Shown here one piece after another: positions 1 through 10,246 of a DNA stretch of 64,000 bases (its first letter is position 1; the number at the start of each line of letters is the position of its first letter). Location: assembly GCA_963718235.1 (NCBI GenBank), contig CAVQYR010000001.1, positions 864,001 to 928,000 of the forward strand, written 5' to 3'. This DNA is from an uncultured Actinomycetota bacterium (GTDB taxonomy: Bacteria; Actinomycetota; Actinomycetes; JAHEKZ01). Below the pieces are notes generated by a model. The model saw only the letters and a program-made list of their open reading frames with translations. It ran no database searches and had not been told where the DNA came from. Position numbers and translations under genes: made by a program.

Positions 1-1
1 C

Positions 2-838
2 GAGGACGAGCCGCTGGGTACGGGTGGCGCGATCGGCAACGTGTCCGACCGGTTGGAGTCGCTGCCGGACGACCCGGTCGTCATCCTCAACGGAGACAAC
101 CTCTCCGGGCACGACCTCGCAGCGCAGCTCACCCGGCACCGCGACGCCGACGCCGACGTCACGCTGCACCTCGTCGAGGTGGAGGACGCTCGAGCCTTCG
201 GCTGTGTGCCGTGCGACGACGAGGGCCGGGTTCTTGCGTTCCTGGAGAAGATGCCCGAACCGGTGACCCGCTGGGTCAATGCCGGCTGCTACGTGTTCCG
301 CCGCTCGGTGGTCGACGCGATCCCTTCGGGGCGACCCGTCTCCGTCGAGCGTGAGACGTTTCCCGGGCTCCTGCAGTCGGGGGGCCGGGTCTTCGCTTGG
401 CAGGAGACGGCGTACTGGAGCGACGTCGGTACGCCGGCCGCCTATGTGCAGGCCTCGGCCGACCTGGTGCGCGGCGTCACCCCCTCGGCTGTGGCGGAGG
501 GCCGCACCGGCGAGTCGGTGGTCGACCCCCGTGCGCTTGTGGCCGCAGGCGCCGTCGTCGACGACGGCAGCGCGATCGGTCCCGGTGCGGTAGTCGACGG
601 GGACGCGGTGGTCCGCGGATCGGTGGTGATGGCCGGGGCCCGGATCGGAACCGCCGCGCACGTGGAGCGGTCGGCGGTGGGCGTCGGCGCCGAGGTGGGC
701 CCGGGAGTCGTGCTCGTGGACACGGTCGTGGGGGACCGCGCCCGAGTCGGAGTGGGCAACGAGCTTCGGGCCGGTGCCCGGGTGTGGCCGGGCGTGGAGC
801 TGGCCCCTACGTCGGTGCGGTTCTCCACCGACGTGTGA
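2..838 (+). CDS. NDP-sugar pyrophosphorylase / mannose-1-phosphate guanylyltransferase (5'-truncated by window)
   Basis: EPLGTGGAI, VILNGD, FLEK, VNAGCYVF and YWSDVGTP motifs, followed by a C-terminal hexapeptide left-handed beta-helix; frame is open from the window start. Confidence 0.9.
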   Translation, partial: EDEPLGTGGAIGNVSDRLESLPDDPVVILNGDNLSGHDLAAQLTRHRDADADVTLHLVEVEDARAFGCVPCDDEGRVLAFLEKMPEPVTRWVNAGCYVFRRSVVDAIPSGRPVSVERETFPGLLQSGGRVFAWQETAYWSDVGTPAAYVQASADLVRGVTPSAVAEGRTGESVVDPRALVAAGAVVDDGSAIGPGAVVDGDAVVRGSVVMAGARIGTAAHVERSAVGVGAEVGPGVVLVDTVVGDRARVGVGNELRAGARVWPGVELAPTSVRFSTDV

Positions 839-1779
839 GTACCGAGCGGGCGGGTTCCGACCCCGGTCGGCGGCGGGTGTGGCGACCCGGTCGCCCGGTC
901 GATGTCGCCGCGACCCTCGGCGTCCTGCGTCACGGCTCTTCGGACCCCGCCTATCGGGTCGTCGGTGCGGCGACGTGGTGGGCCACCAGAACCTCGGGAG
1001 AGCCCACGACGCTGAGCCTGCGGGTCGACGCGGTGGGCGCCGAGGTCGTCGCCGAGGCCTGGGGTGACACCGCGGAGGTCCTGCTCGACGAGCTGCCGTC
1101 GCTGCTGGGTGCCGACGACGACCCGAGCGGTTTCGTCGCGCACCACCCGGTCGTTCAGCGCGCATGCAGATCCCATCCGGGCTGGCGGCCGCCGACCACC
1201 GGCCGGGTCTTCGAGGCGCTGGCGCCGGCGGTGCTCGAGCAGAAGGTCACCGGCCGCGAGGCCAGTCGCTCCTGGCGTGCGCTGCTCACGACGTACGGGG
1301 ACCCGGCCCCTGGGCCCACACCGACGCCCATGCGCGTGCCGCCCACTCCGTCGAGCTGGGCAGCGATCCCCGAGTGGGAGTGGTACCGGGCTGGGGTCAC
1401 CCCACATCGCGCCCGTGCGCTGCGCCGGGCGGCGAACGTCGGAACCGCGATCGAGGCCACCCGTAGCGGTCCACCGGCGCAGGCCGAGGTGGTGCTGCGC
1501 AGCGTGCCCGGCGTCGGGGTGTGGACGTCGGCGGAGGTTCGCCAGCGGGCTTTCGGGGACCCGGACACGGTCAGCGTCGGTGACTTCCACCTCGCTCGTC
1601 AGGTGTGCTTCGCCCTGACTGGCGACCCCGGCGCACGCGGTGACGACGCGCGGATGCTCGAGCTGCTCGAGCCCTACCGTGGCCATCGTTACCGCGTGCA
1701 GCGGTTGCTGGAGCTGGCCGGCGTCAACGCCCCTCGTCGCGGCCCGCGGTACGCCCCGCCGGCTCATCGCCCGCACTGA
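835..1779 (+). CDS. HhH-GPD DNA-3-methyladenine glycosylase II (AlkA-like)
   Basis: AVLEQKVTG, LRSVPGVGVWT helix-hairpin-helix, GDPDTVSVGDFHL; GTG start overlaps the upstream stop (GTGA). Confidence 0.85.
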   Translation: MSTERAGSDPGRRRVWRPGRPVDVAATLGVLRHGSSDPAYRVVGAATWWATRTSGEPTTLSLRVDAVGAEVVAEAWGDTAEVLLDELPSLLGADDDPSGFVAHHPVVQRACRSHPGWRPPTTGRVFEALAPAVLEQKVTGREASRSWRALLTTYGDPAPGPTPTPMRVPPTPSSWAAIPEWEWYRAGVTPHRARALRRAANVGTAIEATRSGPPAQAEVVLRSVPGVGVWTSAEVRQRAFGDPDTVSVGDFHLARQVCFALTGDPGARGDDARMLELLEPYRGHRYRVQRLLELAGVNAPRRGPRYAPPAHRPH

Positions 1780-1804
1780 GCGGGTCGGCCGGACGTCACC
1801 GCCT

Positions 1805-3094
1805 TCACGGTGGCTCGTGCGCCCGTGGGTACACCTCGGGGGTGTGCGGGGGACTGCTGGGTCGCCGCTGGCCGCGGGGCCCGACGAAGTCGACCCGACC
1901 GTGGCTTCCGTGGGTGGGGTCGGCCGCTACGGCGCGCCAGCCGTGCTCGTGCACCACGCGGTGGTGGCGACCGCACAGGAGGATCCCGTTGGCGAGGTCG
2001 CTTCGCCCACCGTCGGTCCAGGCCCGCAGGTGGTGGGCCTCCGCCCAGGGTGCGGCGCACCCGGGAAACCGGCAGCCGCGGTCGCGGACCCACAGGGCCT
2101 GGCGCTGCGCAGAGGTGAACAGACGTTGGCTGCGCCCGAGGTCGAGGAGTCGGCCATCGGGGCCGAACACGACTCTGGTCACCGCTGCGTCGCAGGCCAG
2201 CCGGGCCAACGTCGGGGGCGGCACCGGCCCCCCGTCGAACCAGGTGGCCGGCCGCGCATCTGGGACGTCGGCCAGCGCCTCGGGGGTGCAGGTGACCACG
2301 ACCTGCGGTCGCACGCCGCCTGACACCGGGGTGCGTGCGTGTTCTAGGACGGTGCGCATGATGGCCAGGACTGCGTCGTACCGGCGCTGGGTGGCCGTGC
2401 GCGGGTCGTCGGCACTGTGCGGCTCCAGGTACGCGGACAGGGCGGCGTCGAGGACCGCGCCACCCTCGGGGTCGGCCAGCAGGTCGAGGCGGTACATGCC
2501 GTCGAGCGTCGACGCGAAGCTCGCCCGGCGGGCCTCGTGCTGACGCTCGTGGCTGCGCCGGCCGCGCTCGGGGTCGACGACGTCGCGCAGGTACGCAGCG
2601 GCAGCGCGCACCTTCCCGGCGTCGGCTGTTGCTGACAGGTCGACGAGGAGCGAAGCGGCCGTGCGCGCCGGGTCCGGGTCGAGGTCGCCCACACCGTGGC
2701 CGATCGCTCGGAACTGGCCAAAGGTGAGCCGACCCCCGGCCAGGGCAGCGGCCGCCGGAGCCAGGACGGCCTCGCCGTGGTGGGCCTGCCGGGCGAGTCG
2801 GACCCGCTCGGTGGCGTCACCACCCGCGAGACCGAGCCGGCTGCGCAGCCAGGAGCCGGTCGACCGGGCGCCGTCCAGCAGCTCCGCGTCCCCGGCTGTG
2901 TCGAAGTGGGCGACGGTCGCGGTGAACTGCGCCTCGAGCGCATCGATGGCACCACGCAGGTGCCGCAGGTGGTCGGCCCGCTGGTGAGCGGTCATACCAC
3001 GCACATCGGCCGCACCGAGCCGCCCGATGGCGACGCGCAGCTGTGCGATGTCATCGGGGACACTCTTCACGGCGAGTGCGGGAACCACCGACAC
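1805..3094 (-). CDS. DUF222 domain HNH endonuclease (13E12/Rv1128c-like family)
   Basis: RTATQRRYDA, RLACDA, RLFTSAQRQALWVRDRGCRFPGC, EAHH..W.DGG.SDLANGILLCGRHH; GGAGG RBS 4 nt before the GTG at 3094. Confidence 0.88.
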   Translation of the reverse strand: MSVVPALAVKSVPDDIAQLRVAIGRLGAADVRGMTAHQRADHLRHLRGAIDALEAQFTATVAHFDTAGDAELLDGARSTGSWLRSRLGLAGGDATERVRLARQAHHGEAVLAPAAAALAGGRLTFGQFRAIGHGVGDLDPDPARTAASLLVDLSATADAGKVRAAAAYLRDVVDPERGRRSHERQHEARRASFASTLDGMYRLDLLADPEGGAVLDAALSAYLEPHSADDPRTATQRRYDAVLAIMRTVLEHARTPVSGGVRPQVVVTCTPEALADVPDARPATWFDGGPVPPPTLARLACDAAVTRVVFGPDGRLLDLGRSQRLFTSAQRQALWVRDRGCRFPGCAAPWAEAHHLRAWTDGGRSDLANGILLCGRHHRVVHEHGWRAVAADPTHGSHGRVDFVGPRGQRRPSSPPHTPEVYPRAHEPP

Positions 3095-3130
3095 AGGACC
3101 TCCGGTTGGCGACGAGTTCGTGCAGAGGAG

Positions 3131-3288
3131 GTTGATCGCCCTCATCGCGTCGCACCCCCGGCGCGGTTCTGACCGCCGGTTCGCGTCGCACCCTTCGCGC
3201 CGGCAGATCCGGACGCCGCTTCTCGTTGGCCTGGCGCCCACCAGTTCAGCTGTCTGAACCAGTGGCTCGCCGGCCCCTCTCGATCAAC
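3131..3288 (-). ncRNA. Candidate structured RNA in the 5' leader of the DUF222-HNH gene
   Basis: Closing stem GUUGAUCG/CGAUCAAC, three internal hairpins (one with tandem G-U pairs that only form on the minus strand), and two copies of GGGUGCGACGCGA. Confidence 0.55.
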
Positions 3289-3294
3289 ACCGTC

Positions 3295-3316
3295 ACTCTA
3301 GGACGGGGGTCCGACA
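3295..3316 (-). promoter_or_regulatory. PafBC/RecA-NDp-type DNA-damage-inducible promoter
   Basis: Minus strand reads TGTCGG-ACCCCCGTCC-TAGAGT, an exact fit to TGTCGG-N10-TA-N3-T. Confidence 0.75.
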
Positions 3317-3871
3317 GTTTCGTCCGGTCCGTGCCCGAGCACCCGACGGATCTCGTCGACGAGCGCTCCGACCTCCACCGGAACGGTGGTGTCGACGTCG
3401 ACCACGGGTCCGAGACCCAGTGGCTCGGCGGAGCTGAAGCCACTGCTTCCACATCTGCTGCATAAGGCGGTCGAAGTGACCGGCATGTCGGAGCGGCGAC
3501 CGCTCGGCGTACCGCCTGCGCATCACCTCGTCGGGTGCCCGGCACCACAGCTCGACCATCCGTTCGCACCGCGCATCCCGAAGTCCGCGACTCACCACGG
3601 GACGCAGGTCAGTGGCCATCCAGCTGTCGATGACCGCGCCCTGCGGACAGTCGGCCAGGATCCGCCAGATGACCTCACCGGCGGCCCGACCCAGGCGGCG
3701 GGACTCGTCCTGGTCGGTGAAGCCCAACTCGTCGAGCAGTGTCTCCTTGACCGCATCCTTGGCCAGGAGGGGAAGTGCGAGCGCCGAGGCGAGCTGACCG
3801 GCCAGCGTCGACTTCCCACTTCCGGGGAGCCCGTTGACGAGGACGACGCAGCGGGCTGGGGTCAGCGCCAC
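3298..3871 (-). CDS. AAA_33-type P-loop kinase (frameshift near 3440)
   Basis: [14 protein letters not shown] Walker A and KDAVKETL; the C-terminus [15 protein letters not shown] lies in another frame. Confidence 0.75.
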
Positions 3872-5184
3872 AGCATGAACTCGTCGGCCACGCGGGACGG
3901 TCGGTCGGCCGCTGGTGCTGCCGGACGTCCGATAGCGACGGCCCCCATCGGCTGCCAGTCCCTGGGCAAGTCGAGCACCTCGCGCACGACGTCGGGGCAG
4001 AACAGGGTGGACGACACCCACGCCGAGCCGAGGCCCCGGGTGGCCAGCGACACCAGGAAGTTCTGCACCCCCGCCCCCATCGCGACGAGGAACATCGCCT
4101 GCTCGGCGTCGACCGTCGGTCGTCGGGGTAGGAGTGGGCCCCCTCCGCCACCAGGCAGGGCACGACGAGACAGGGGGCGTGCCGCAGCACGTCACCACGG
4201 GCCAGCCGACGGGTCGATCGACTCGCTCGGTGAATCCGTCGCTGCGTCAGGTCGGCCCGCCACTGCTCGGCCATGGCGTCGAGCAGGCGCGAACGGCGCG
4301 TCGGTGTCGTCGAGGACGACGAAGCGCCAAGGTGTGGTGTGGTGCGGGGCCGGTGCGGTGACGGCGTCGGCGACCGCTGCGACGATCGCCTCGCGCGTCG
4401 ACGGGCTCGTCGGTGAAAGTCCGTACGGTCCGTCGCGACCGGAGCACGTCGAACGTGCCGATCGGGAAGAGGTCCTCGTCGTGGGGTCGGACCAGTGCAG
4501 ATGCCCCGTCGGAAGCCCTGTCGGCGACGCCGTGGGTTTCGTTGGCGACGACGGTGCTCGCAGCCCGCGCACGACCGCGACCGGCAGCCCACGGGTCTTG
4601 CCCATGACGAGCTCCGCGGCGGCGGCGATCTCGTCGGCGACGGCGATCTCCGTGACCTCGAGGGTGTTGCCGTGTGTGTCGACGGTGCCCCGCAGGTCGT
4701 CGACGACCCGGACGCCGGCCGCACCGATCGCCACGTCGGTCTGCCCTGTCCGCCAGGGTCGGCCCATCGTGTCGGACACCAGAACGCCCACGGTGACGCC
4801 GAGCCGGTCGAACACCGCTGCGCGGATGCGCCGGGCTGACGCGTCGGGGTCCAGGGGCAGCAGCACGAGCGTGCCCGGCTCGGTGTTGCTCGCGTCGACG
4901 CCGGCTGCGGCCAGCACGAGACCGTGCCGGGTCGACACGATGCGCAGCGGACCCCGCCGGGCGACCAACCGCTCGCTCTCCGAGTCGATCACGGCGTCGC
5001 GGTCGGCGTCGTCGACGATGCCACGCACGACCCGGCCCTCGGCCTTGCTCACCACCTTGCTCGTGACGACCACGATGTCGCCGTCACGCAGGCCCGGGTA
5101 GCACAGGGCGATCCGAGCGGCCAGGTCGTCGCCCTCGCGGACCTCGCCGATCGCCTCGATCGCCACGACGTGGAACGACGTCAC
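3862..5184 (-). CDS. fbiB: Coenzyme F420-0:L-glutamate ligase with nitroreductase domain (several frameshifts at 4100-4560)
   Basis: [42 protein letters not shown]; fragments [19 protein letters not shown] and [24 protein letters not shown] in shifting frames. Confidence 0.88.
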
Positions 5185-6185
5185 GGTCGTTGCACCAGTG
5201 GTGCGGCGCGCAGCTCGAGGGCCAGGTCGACCGCGGCGCCGGCCAGCGCCGACGCTGCCGCCTCGTCGGTCATCAGCAGAGGGCGCCCGCGTTGAGCGAC
5301 ACCAGGAGGGGCGGGGACGGCGGCGTCGTCGTCGGAGACGAGCCAGCCGTCGAGCAGACCGTCGGCCGCGCGGGCGCCGTAGTGGACGGCGACCGCCGCG
5401 GCACTGGTCTCCACGCCGATCGCCCGCAGGCACGCATCGGCCATGCCGCGGACGGGTGCTCCGCCGATGATGGGTGACACCCCGACGACCGGCGCGCCGG
5501 TCCGTCGCAGTGCATCCCTGATCCCGGGCACGGCCATCAGCGGACCGATGCTCACGACCGGGTTGGACGGGGCGACCAGCACCATGTCGGCGGAGTCGAG
5601 GGCCTCGACCACCCCGGGGGCCGGGCGTGACTCCGCCGCCCCGAGGAACACGAACTCTCTCGCTTCGGGCTCGGCATGCAGCCGCACCCACCACTCCTGG
5701 AAGTGCACCGCGCGACGTCCACCCTCTTGGTCGTCGACGACCACGTGCGTCTCGATCGGGTCGTCGCTCATCGGCAGGAGGTGCACACCCGGCTCCCACC
5801 GTCGGCACAGAGCGGCGGTGATGTCGGAGAGCGGCCAGCCGGTGCGCAGGAGCTGGGTGCGCACGATGTGGGTGGCGAAGTCACGGTCTCCGAGGGTGAA
5901 CCAGTCGGGCGGGACGTCGTACGCCCGCAGCTCGTCGCGAAGGGTGAACGACTCGTCGGCCCGGCCCCACCCCTGTTCCTCGTGGATGCCTCCGCCGAGG
6001 GTGTACATGACCGTGTCGAGGTCGGGGCAGACCCGAAGCCCGAACAAGGTGATGTCGTCCGCGGTGTTCCCGATCACGGTGACGTCGGCACCCGCGGCCT
6101 CGTCGTGACGGGTCGAGAGATCGGCCAGCAGCCCGCGGAGGAACCGGGCCGCACCGATGCCGCCGGCGAGGACTGTGATCTGCAT
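5181..6185 (-). CDS. fbiA: 2-phospho-L-lactate transferase (CofD/FbiA)
   Basis: [52 protein letters not shown]. Confidence 0.95.
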   Translation of the reverse strand: MQITVLAGGIGAARFLRGLLADLSTRHDEAAGADVTVIGNTADDITLFGLRVCPDLDTVMYTLGGGIHEEQGWGRADESFTLRDELRAYDVPPDWFTLGDRDFATHIVRTQLLRTGWPLSDITAALCRRWEPGVHLLPMSDDPIETHVVVDDQEGGRRAVHFQEWWVRLHAEPEAREFVFLGAAESRPAPGVVEALDSADMVLVAPSNPVVSIGPLMAVPGIRDALRRTGAPVVGVSPIIGGAPVRGMADACLRAIGVETSAAAVAVHYGARAADGLLDGWLVSDDDAAVPAPPGVAQRGRPLLMTDEAAASALAGAAVDLALELRAAPLVQRP

Positions 6186-6208
6186 GGCTGCATCCTCCCA
6201 GCCGCCGG

Positions 6209-7226
6209 TCAGCGACTGCCCGCGGCCAGGGGCAGGCGCACCTCGAAGCAGCACCCCCCCGGCACGTTGGCCACCTCGACCGTTCCTTCATGGGCCGCGA
6301 CGATCCCCCGCGCGATGGACAGACCGAGCCCGGCACCGTCGTCGGGGGCCGGTGTCCGCGCTGTGCTGCCGCGCCATCCGACGTCGAACAGTCGGCTCAG
6401 GTCGTCGTCGTCGATCCCTCCGCATCCGTCCGTGACGCTCAGCACCGCCCATCCGTCGTCGCGACCCGCGGTGACTGCGACCGACCCGTCCTCAGGGGTG
6501 TGTCGGATCGCGTTGGTGACCAGGTTGCTCAGGGCCCGGGTGAGCTCACGGCCGTCGGCCACGACCCCGATCGGGTCCGCGGACGCCGACAGCCGGACCC
6601 CGTGCTCCTGGGCCAGCGGCTCGGTGGCGTCCAGGACGTCGCCGACGACGTCCTGGAGGGCGACGTGGCTCATGGCGAGGACCAGCGAGCCCGACTGAAG
6701 GCGGCTGAGCTCGAAGAGGTCGTCGACCATGCCCGACAGCCGGTCGACCTCTCGTCGCATCTGCCGGTGGTAGCGGGCCGGGTCCGCGGCGACGCCGTCC
6801 TCCAGCGCCTCGGCCATCGCGCGCAGCCCGGCCAGCGGCGTGCGCAGGTCGTGGGACACCCACGTCACGAGCTCGCGCCGGGTGCGCTCGGCCTCGTCGG
6901 CTCGTGCGTGCTGCTCGGCGATGTCGCGCGACTGCTGCTCGATCCCCCTGACCCTGCGCGAGAGCAGGAGCCCGGTCGCGAAGGCCGACGCCACCGGCCA
7001 CGGCGCAGACCACGAGCACGACCCCGAGGTCGTGGGGGGACAAGAACATGGCCTGTGCGGTCGCGACGACGCCGACGACGACGGCGACGACGCCGGTCGT
7101 GCTGGCCACGAGGAGCGCGGCGCTGAGCGAACGCTGCTGTGCGCGGTGCAGCACGGCCACTCCGACCGCCCCGACTGCAGCCGAGGTCACGATCGCCACC
7201 AGGACGACGCTGGCCCAGGCGTTCAC
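6209..7226 (-). CDS. Membrane sensor histidine kinase (frameshift near 6995)
   Basis: N-terminal TM segments (AMFLSPHDL), SHDLRTPL H-box, [15 protein letters not shown] and GAGLGL. Confidence 0.85.
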
Positions 7227-7912
7227 GTGGGGTCCCACCGGTAGCCCACGCCCCACACGGTGACCAGTCGCACGGGGTTGGCCGGGTCGGCCTCGATCTT
7301 CTCCCGGAGCCGGCGCACGTGGACGGTCACGGTCGACTGGTCGCCGAAGTCCCAGCCCCACACCTCGTGCATCAGGGTGGCCCGGTCGAAGGCCCGGCCC
7401 GGATGCCGGAGCAGGAACGTGAGCAGGTCGAACTCCCGCGACGTCAGCGTCAGCAGCCGCCCGCCGCGCGACGCGACGTGCCCCACCGGGTCGACGACGA
7501 GGTCCCCGTCGCGCAGCGGCTCCGAGCGTCCCGCCCCTGAGGTCGCAGCCGACTGGGTCCGGCGCAGCACCGACTGGACTCTGAGCACGAGCTCGCGGGG
7601 GCTGAACGGCTTGGTCACGTAGTCGTCGGCGCCCACCTCGAGCCCGAGCACCCGGTCGGCCTCGTCGGCCGACGCGGTCAGCATGATCACCGCCACCTCG
7701 GAGTCCAGGCGCAGGCGGCGGCAGAGCTCGAGGCCGTCGATCCCCGGGAGCATCAGGTCGAGCACCACGAGGTCGGGCGGGTGGCGACTGGCCATGGCGA
7801 GAGCGCTTCGTCCGTCGCCGGTGTGGTCGACTTCCATGCCGGAGCGCCGCAGGTAGGTGACGACCACCTCGGCCACGGTCGGGTCGTCCTCGACGACCAG
7901 CACCCTCGGCAT
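7223..7912 (-). CDS. OmpR-family response regulator
   Basis: VLVVEDD, VLDLMLPGIDG, GADDYVTKPFSPREL, wHTH VHVRRLREKIE..TVWGVGY. Confidence 0.93.
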   Translation of the reverse strand: MPRVLVVEDDPTVAEVVVTYLRRSGMEVDHTGDGRSALAMASRHPPDLVVLDLMLPGIDGLELCRRLRLDSEVAVIMLTASADEADRVLGLEVGADDYVTKPFSPRELVLRVQSVLRRTQSAATSGAGRSEPLRDGDLVVDPVGHVASRGGRLLTLTSREFDLLTFLLRHPGRAFDRATLMHEVWGWDFGDQSTVTVHVRRLREKIEADPANPVRLVTVWGVGYRWDPT

Positions 7913-7946
7913 GCGAGCAGCGTAGGTGTGCCTCGGCCCGACCGGG

Positions 7947-7965
7947 CCTACGAAGTCCTTGCGAA
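7947..7965 (+). promoter_or_regulatory. Putative OmpR-type direct-repeat operator
   Basis: CCTACGAA-gtc-CTTGCGAA (11-bp period) in the divergent regulator/acyltransferase intergenic region; TACCGT -10-like hexamer near 7999. Confidence 0.45.
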
Positions 7966-8051
7966 CTGGTGACGTCCGGCCTGGGCGCGGGCCTCGGTTA
8001 CCGTTGAGCGCGCCTGGCCCGGCCGCAGGGGCATCGACTCGAAAGGCCGTC

Positions 8052-10109
8052 ATGACCGTCGCTGACCGACCGGTCGGGATCGCACCGGCTGACCCGGTCC
8101 GGACGGTCCGGCGCGCGGCGACGCCGCTGCCCTTCGGACACCGCCCGGGACTCGACGGCATGCGGGCGGTGGCCGCCCTGCTCGTCGTGATGTTCCACGC
8201 AGGCGTGCCGTTCCTCAACCATGGCTACACGGGTGTCGACGTCTTCTTCGTCCTGTCCGGCTTCTTGATCACGTCGCTGCTCATCCGTGAGATCGCGGTG
8301 CGCCACCGGGTGGACCTCCTCTTCTTCTACGCGCGCCGCGCGCGCCGACTGCTCCCGGCGGCGCTCCTGGTCCTCGTCGCCACCGCGGTGCTGTACCAGC
8401 TCTTGGCGACGCCGCTCGACGTGGCCGAGAACCGCGGCGGGTTCGTGGCGGCCGCGCTGTACGTGTCGAACTGGTTCTTCCTCGCCCGGTCGCAGGACTA
8501 CTTCGCCGAGGACGCCGCGCCGAGCCCGGTACTGCACTACTGGTCGTTGTCGGTGGAGGAGCAGTTCTACATCGTCTGGCCGGTGCTTCTCCTCGTGCTG
8601 TTCCTCATCACGCGTCAGTTCGGAGTCACCCTGCGTGTGGTCGTCGCCGGGTTGGCCTTGGCCGGTCTGGTCTACGCGGGGGTGCTCGCACAGAGCGAGG
8701 CGATGCAGTCCTACCTCGGCACCCTGGCCCGCGCCTACCAGTTGCTGGTCGGCGCGGTGGTGGCCCTGTGGGTCTTCCGTCGTCAGCGTCGGGGCCACGC
8801 GCCGCCGCCCGGGGCCCCCGGGACCTTCGACCGGCCGTGGGGCCAGATGCTCGCGGGAGTCGGCCTGCTGATGGTGCTCGTGGCGGCCAGCCCGTTGCTG
8901 GGCGACCTGACGGCGTACGGTCGGGGGGTGCTGAGCGCCCTGGGCACCGGCGCGTTGATCCTGGGCATGGAGCTCGCTCCGGCCGGAGGGGTCCCTGCGG
9001 CGCTGTCCTGGTCGCCTGCGCGTCGGCTCGGCGACTACTCGTACCCGATGTATCTGTGGCACTGGCCGGTGATCGTGCTCGGCGACCTGGCCGGGTGGCT
9101 GCCGGTGGCGTGGCTGCCGCGCGTCACCGTCGTCCTCGCGGTCACGATCACGCTGGCCGCGGCCACCTGGTGGTGGGTGGAGGTACCGATCCGACGCTTC
9201 TCCCTGGCCGGTCGTACGAACCGTCGCCGGGCCGCTGCCGCCGCGCCAGTCGCCGCAGCCGCTGCGGCCGGGCTGCTGCTCGTGCTCCTCCCGGTCAGCA
9301 GCACGGCGGCGAGCCTGCTCGCCGCCACCGCCGGCGAGCCGCGCCCCGCGCGTGACGCCACCCTCGTCGAGTCGGGCGGCAGCCCGAACCCCGCTGCGCC
9401 CACCGTCCTTCTGGTCGGGGACTCCCACTCGGGGTTCTGGTTCGAGGCCTTCGCTGCCGCAGCGGAGCAGCAGGGCTGGCGGGTGACCAGCGTGCGTCGG
9501 GACGGCTGTGCCTGGCCCGACGTCGACCAGGTACCCCCGAACGGCGGCGCGTCGCCGTGTCCCGACCTGCGCGAGCGGGCGCTCGAGGTCGCGTCCAGGG
9601 AGCAGCCCGACCTGACCGTCCTGGTGACCCGCGCGTTGTTCGACCATCCGCTGCACACTGACCTCGGTGACGTCCAACCGGGTGAGACAGCGTGGCTGGA
9701 CGAGGTGCGGCGAGGGACCGTCGGCTTCCTCGACCAGCTGCAGCAGTTCACGCCGTATGTCGTCCCGTTCGAACCGATCCCGGAGACGGCCGAGTCGATG
9801 AACCGGTGTCTGTCGACCGGCGCTTCAGCGACCAGCTGCTCGCTGCCGGCCATCGACCCTCCGGGAGCTGCGATGGTCGAGGCGTACTGGAGGAGGCTCG
9901 CGGCCCGGCCGGGGGTGGTCACGGTCGACCTCGACGAGCTGGTCTGCCCCGGGGGCACCTGCTCGGCGATGGTCGACGCCATCCCGACGCACCGGGACAG
10001 CCAGCACTTGACCGGCGCCTTCGCCGGGTCGCTCATGCCGGCGGTCGAGCGGCAGCTCGCCGAGCAGGGGGTCGACCTGGCCCGAGCGACCATGACCGAG
10101 CGACGATGA
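8052..10109 (+). CDS. Acyltransferase family 3 with C-terminal SGNH domain (OafA/OatA-like O-acetyltransferase)
   Basis: RPGLDGMRAVA, GVDVFFVLSGFLIT, RRARRLLP, HYWSLSVEEQFY; SGNH motifs VGDSHS and DSQHLT. Confidence 0.92.
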   Translation: MTVADRPVGIAPADPVRTVRRAATPLPFGHRPGLDGMRAVAALLVVMFHAGVPFLNHGYTGVDVFFVLSGFLITSLLIREIAVRHRVDLLFFYARRARRLLPAALLVLVATAVLYQLLATPLDVAENRGGFVAAALYVSNWFFLARSQDYFAEDAAPSPVLHYWSLSVEEQFYIVWPVLLLVLFLITRQFGVTLRVVVAGLALAGLVYAGVLAQSEAMQSYLGTLARAYQLLVGAVVALWVFRRQRRGHAPPPGAPGTFDRPWGQMLAGVGLLMVLVAASPLLGDLTAYGRGVLSALGTGALILGMELAPAGGVPAALSWSPARRLGDYSYPMYLWHWPVIVLGDLAGWLPVAWLPRVTVVLAVTITLAAATWWWVEVPIRRFSLAGRTNRRRAAAAAPVAAAAAAGLLLVLLPVSSTAASLLAATAGEPRPARDATLVESGGSPNPAAPTVLLVGDSHSGFWFEAFAAAAEQQGWRVTSVRRDGCAWPDVDQVPPNGGASPCPDLRERALEVASREQPDLTVLVTRALFDHPLHTDLGDVQPGETAWLDEVRRGTVGFLDQLQQFTPYVVPFEPIPETAESMNRCLSTGASATSCSLPAIDPPGAAMVEAYWRRLAARPGVVTVDLDELVCPGGTCSAMVDAIPTHRDSQHLTGAFAGSLMPAVERQLAEQGVDLARATMTERR

Positions 10110-10231
10110 CCGAGCGACGATGACCGAGCGACGATGACCGAGCGACGATGACCGAGCGACGATGACCGAGCGACGATGACCGAGCGACGATGACCGAGCG
10201 ACGATGACCGAGCGACGATGACCGAGCGACG
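10092..10231 (+). repeat. Perfect tandem repeat, 10 x 14 bp (ATGACCGAGCGACG)
   Basis: Units start at 10092, 10106 ... 10218; a partial unit lies at 10082-10091 and ATGA follows at 10232. Confidence 0.95.
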
Positions 10232-10246
10232 ATGAAGGAGGCAGCG

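Noticed and set aside
1780-3330. DUF222 locus as a classical IS element
   Set aside because: No terminal inverted repeats, target-site duplication or DDE/HUH transposase motif was found
10092-10231. CRISPR array interpretation of the repeat
   Set aside because: Units are 14 bp, directly adjacent with no unique spacers, and no cas genes are present
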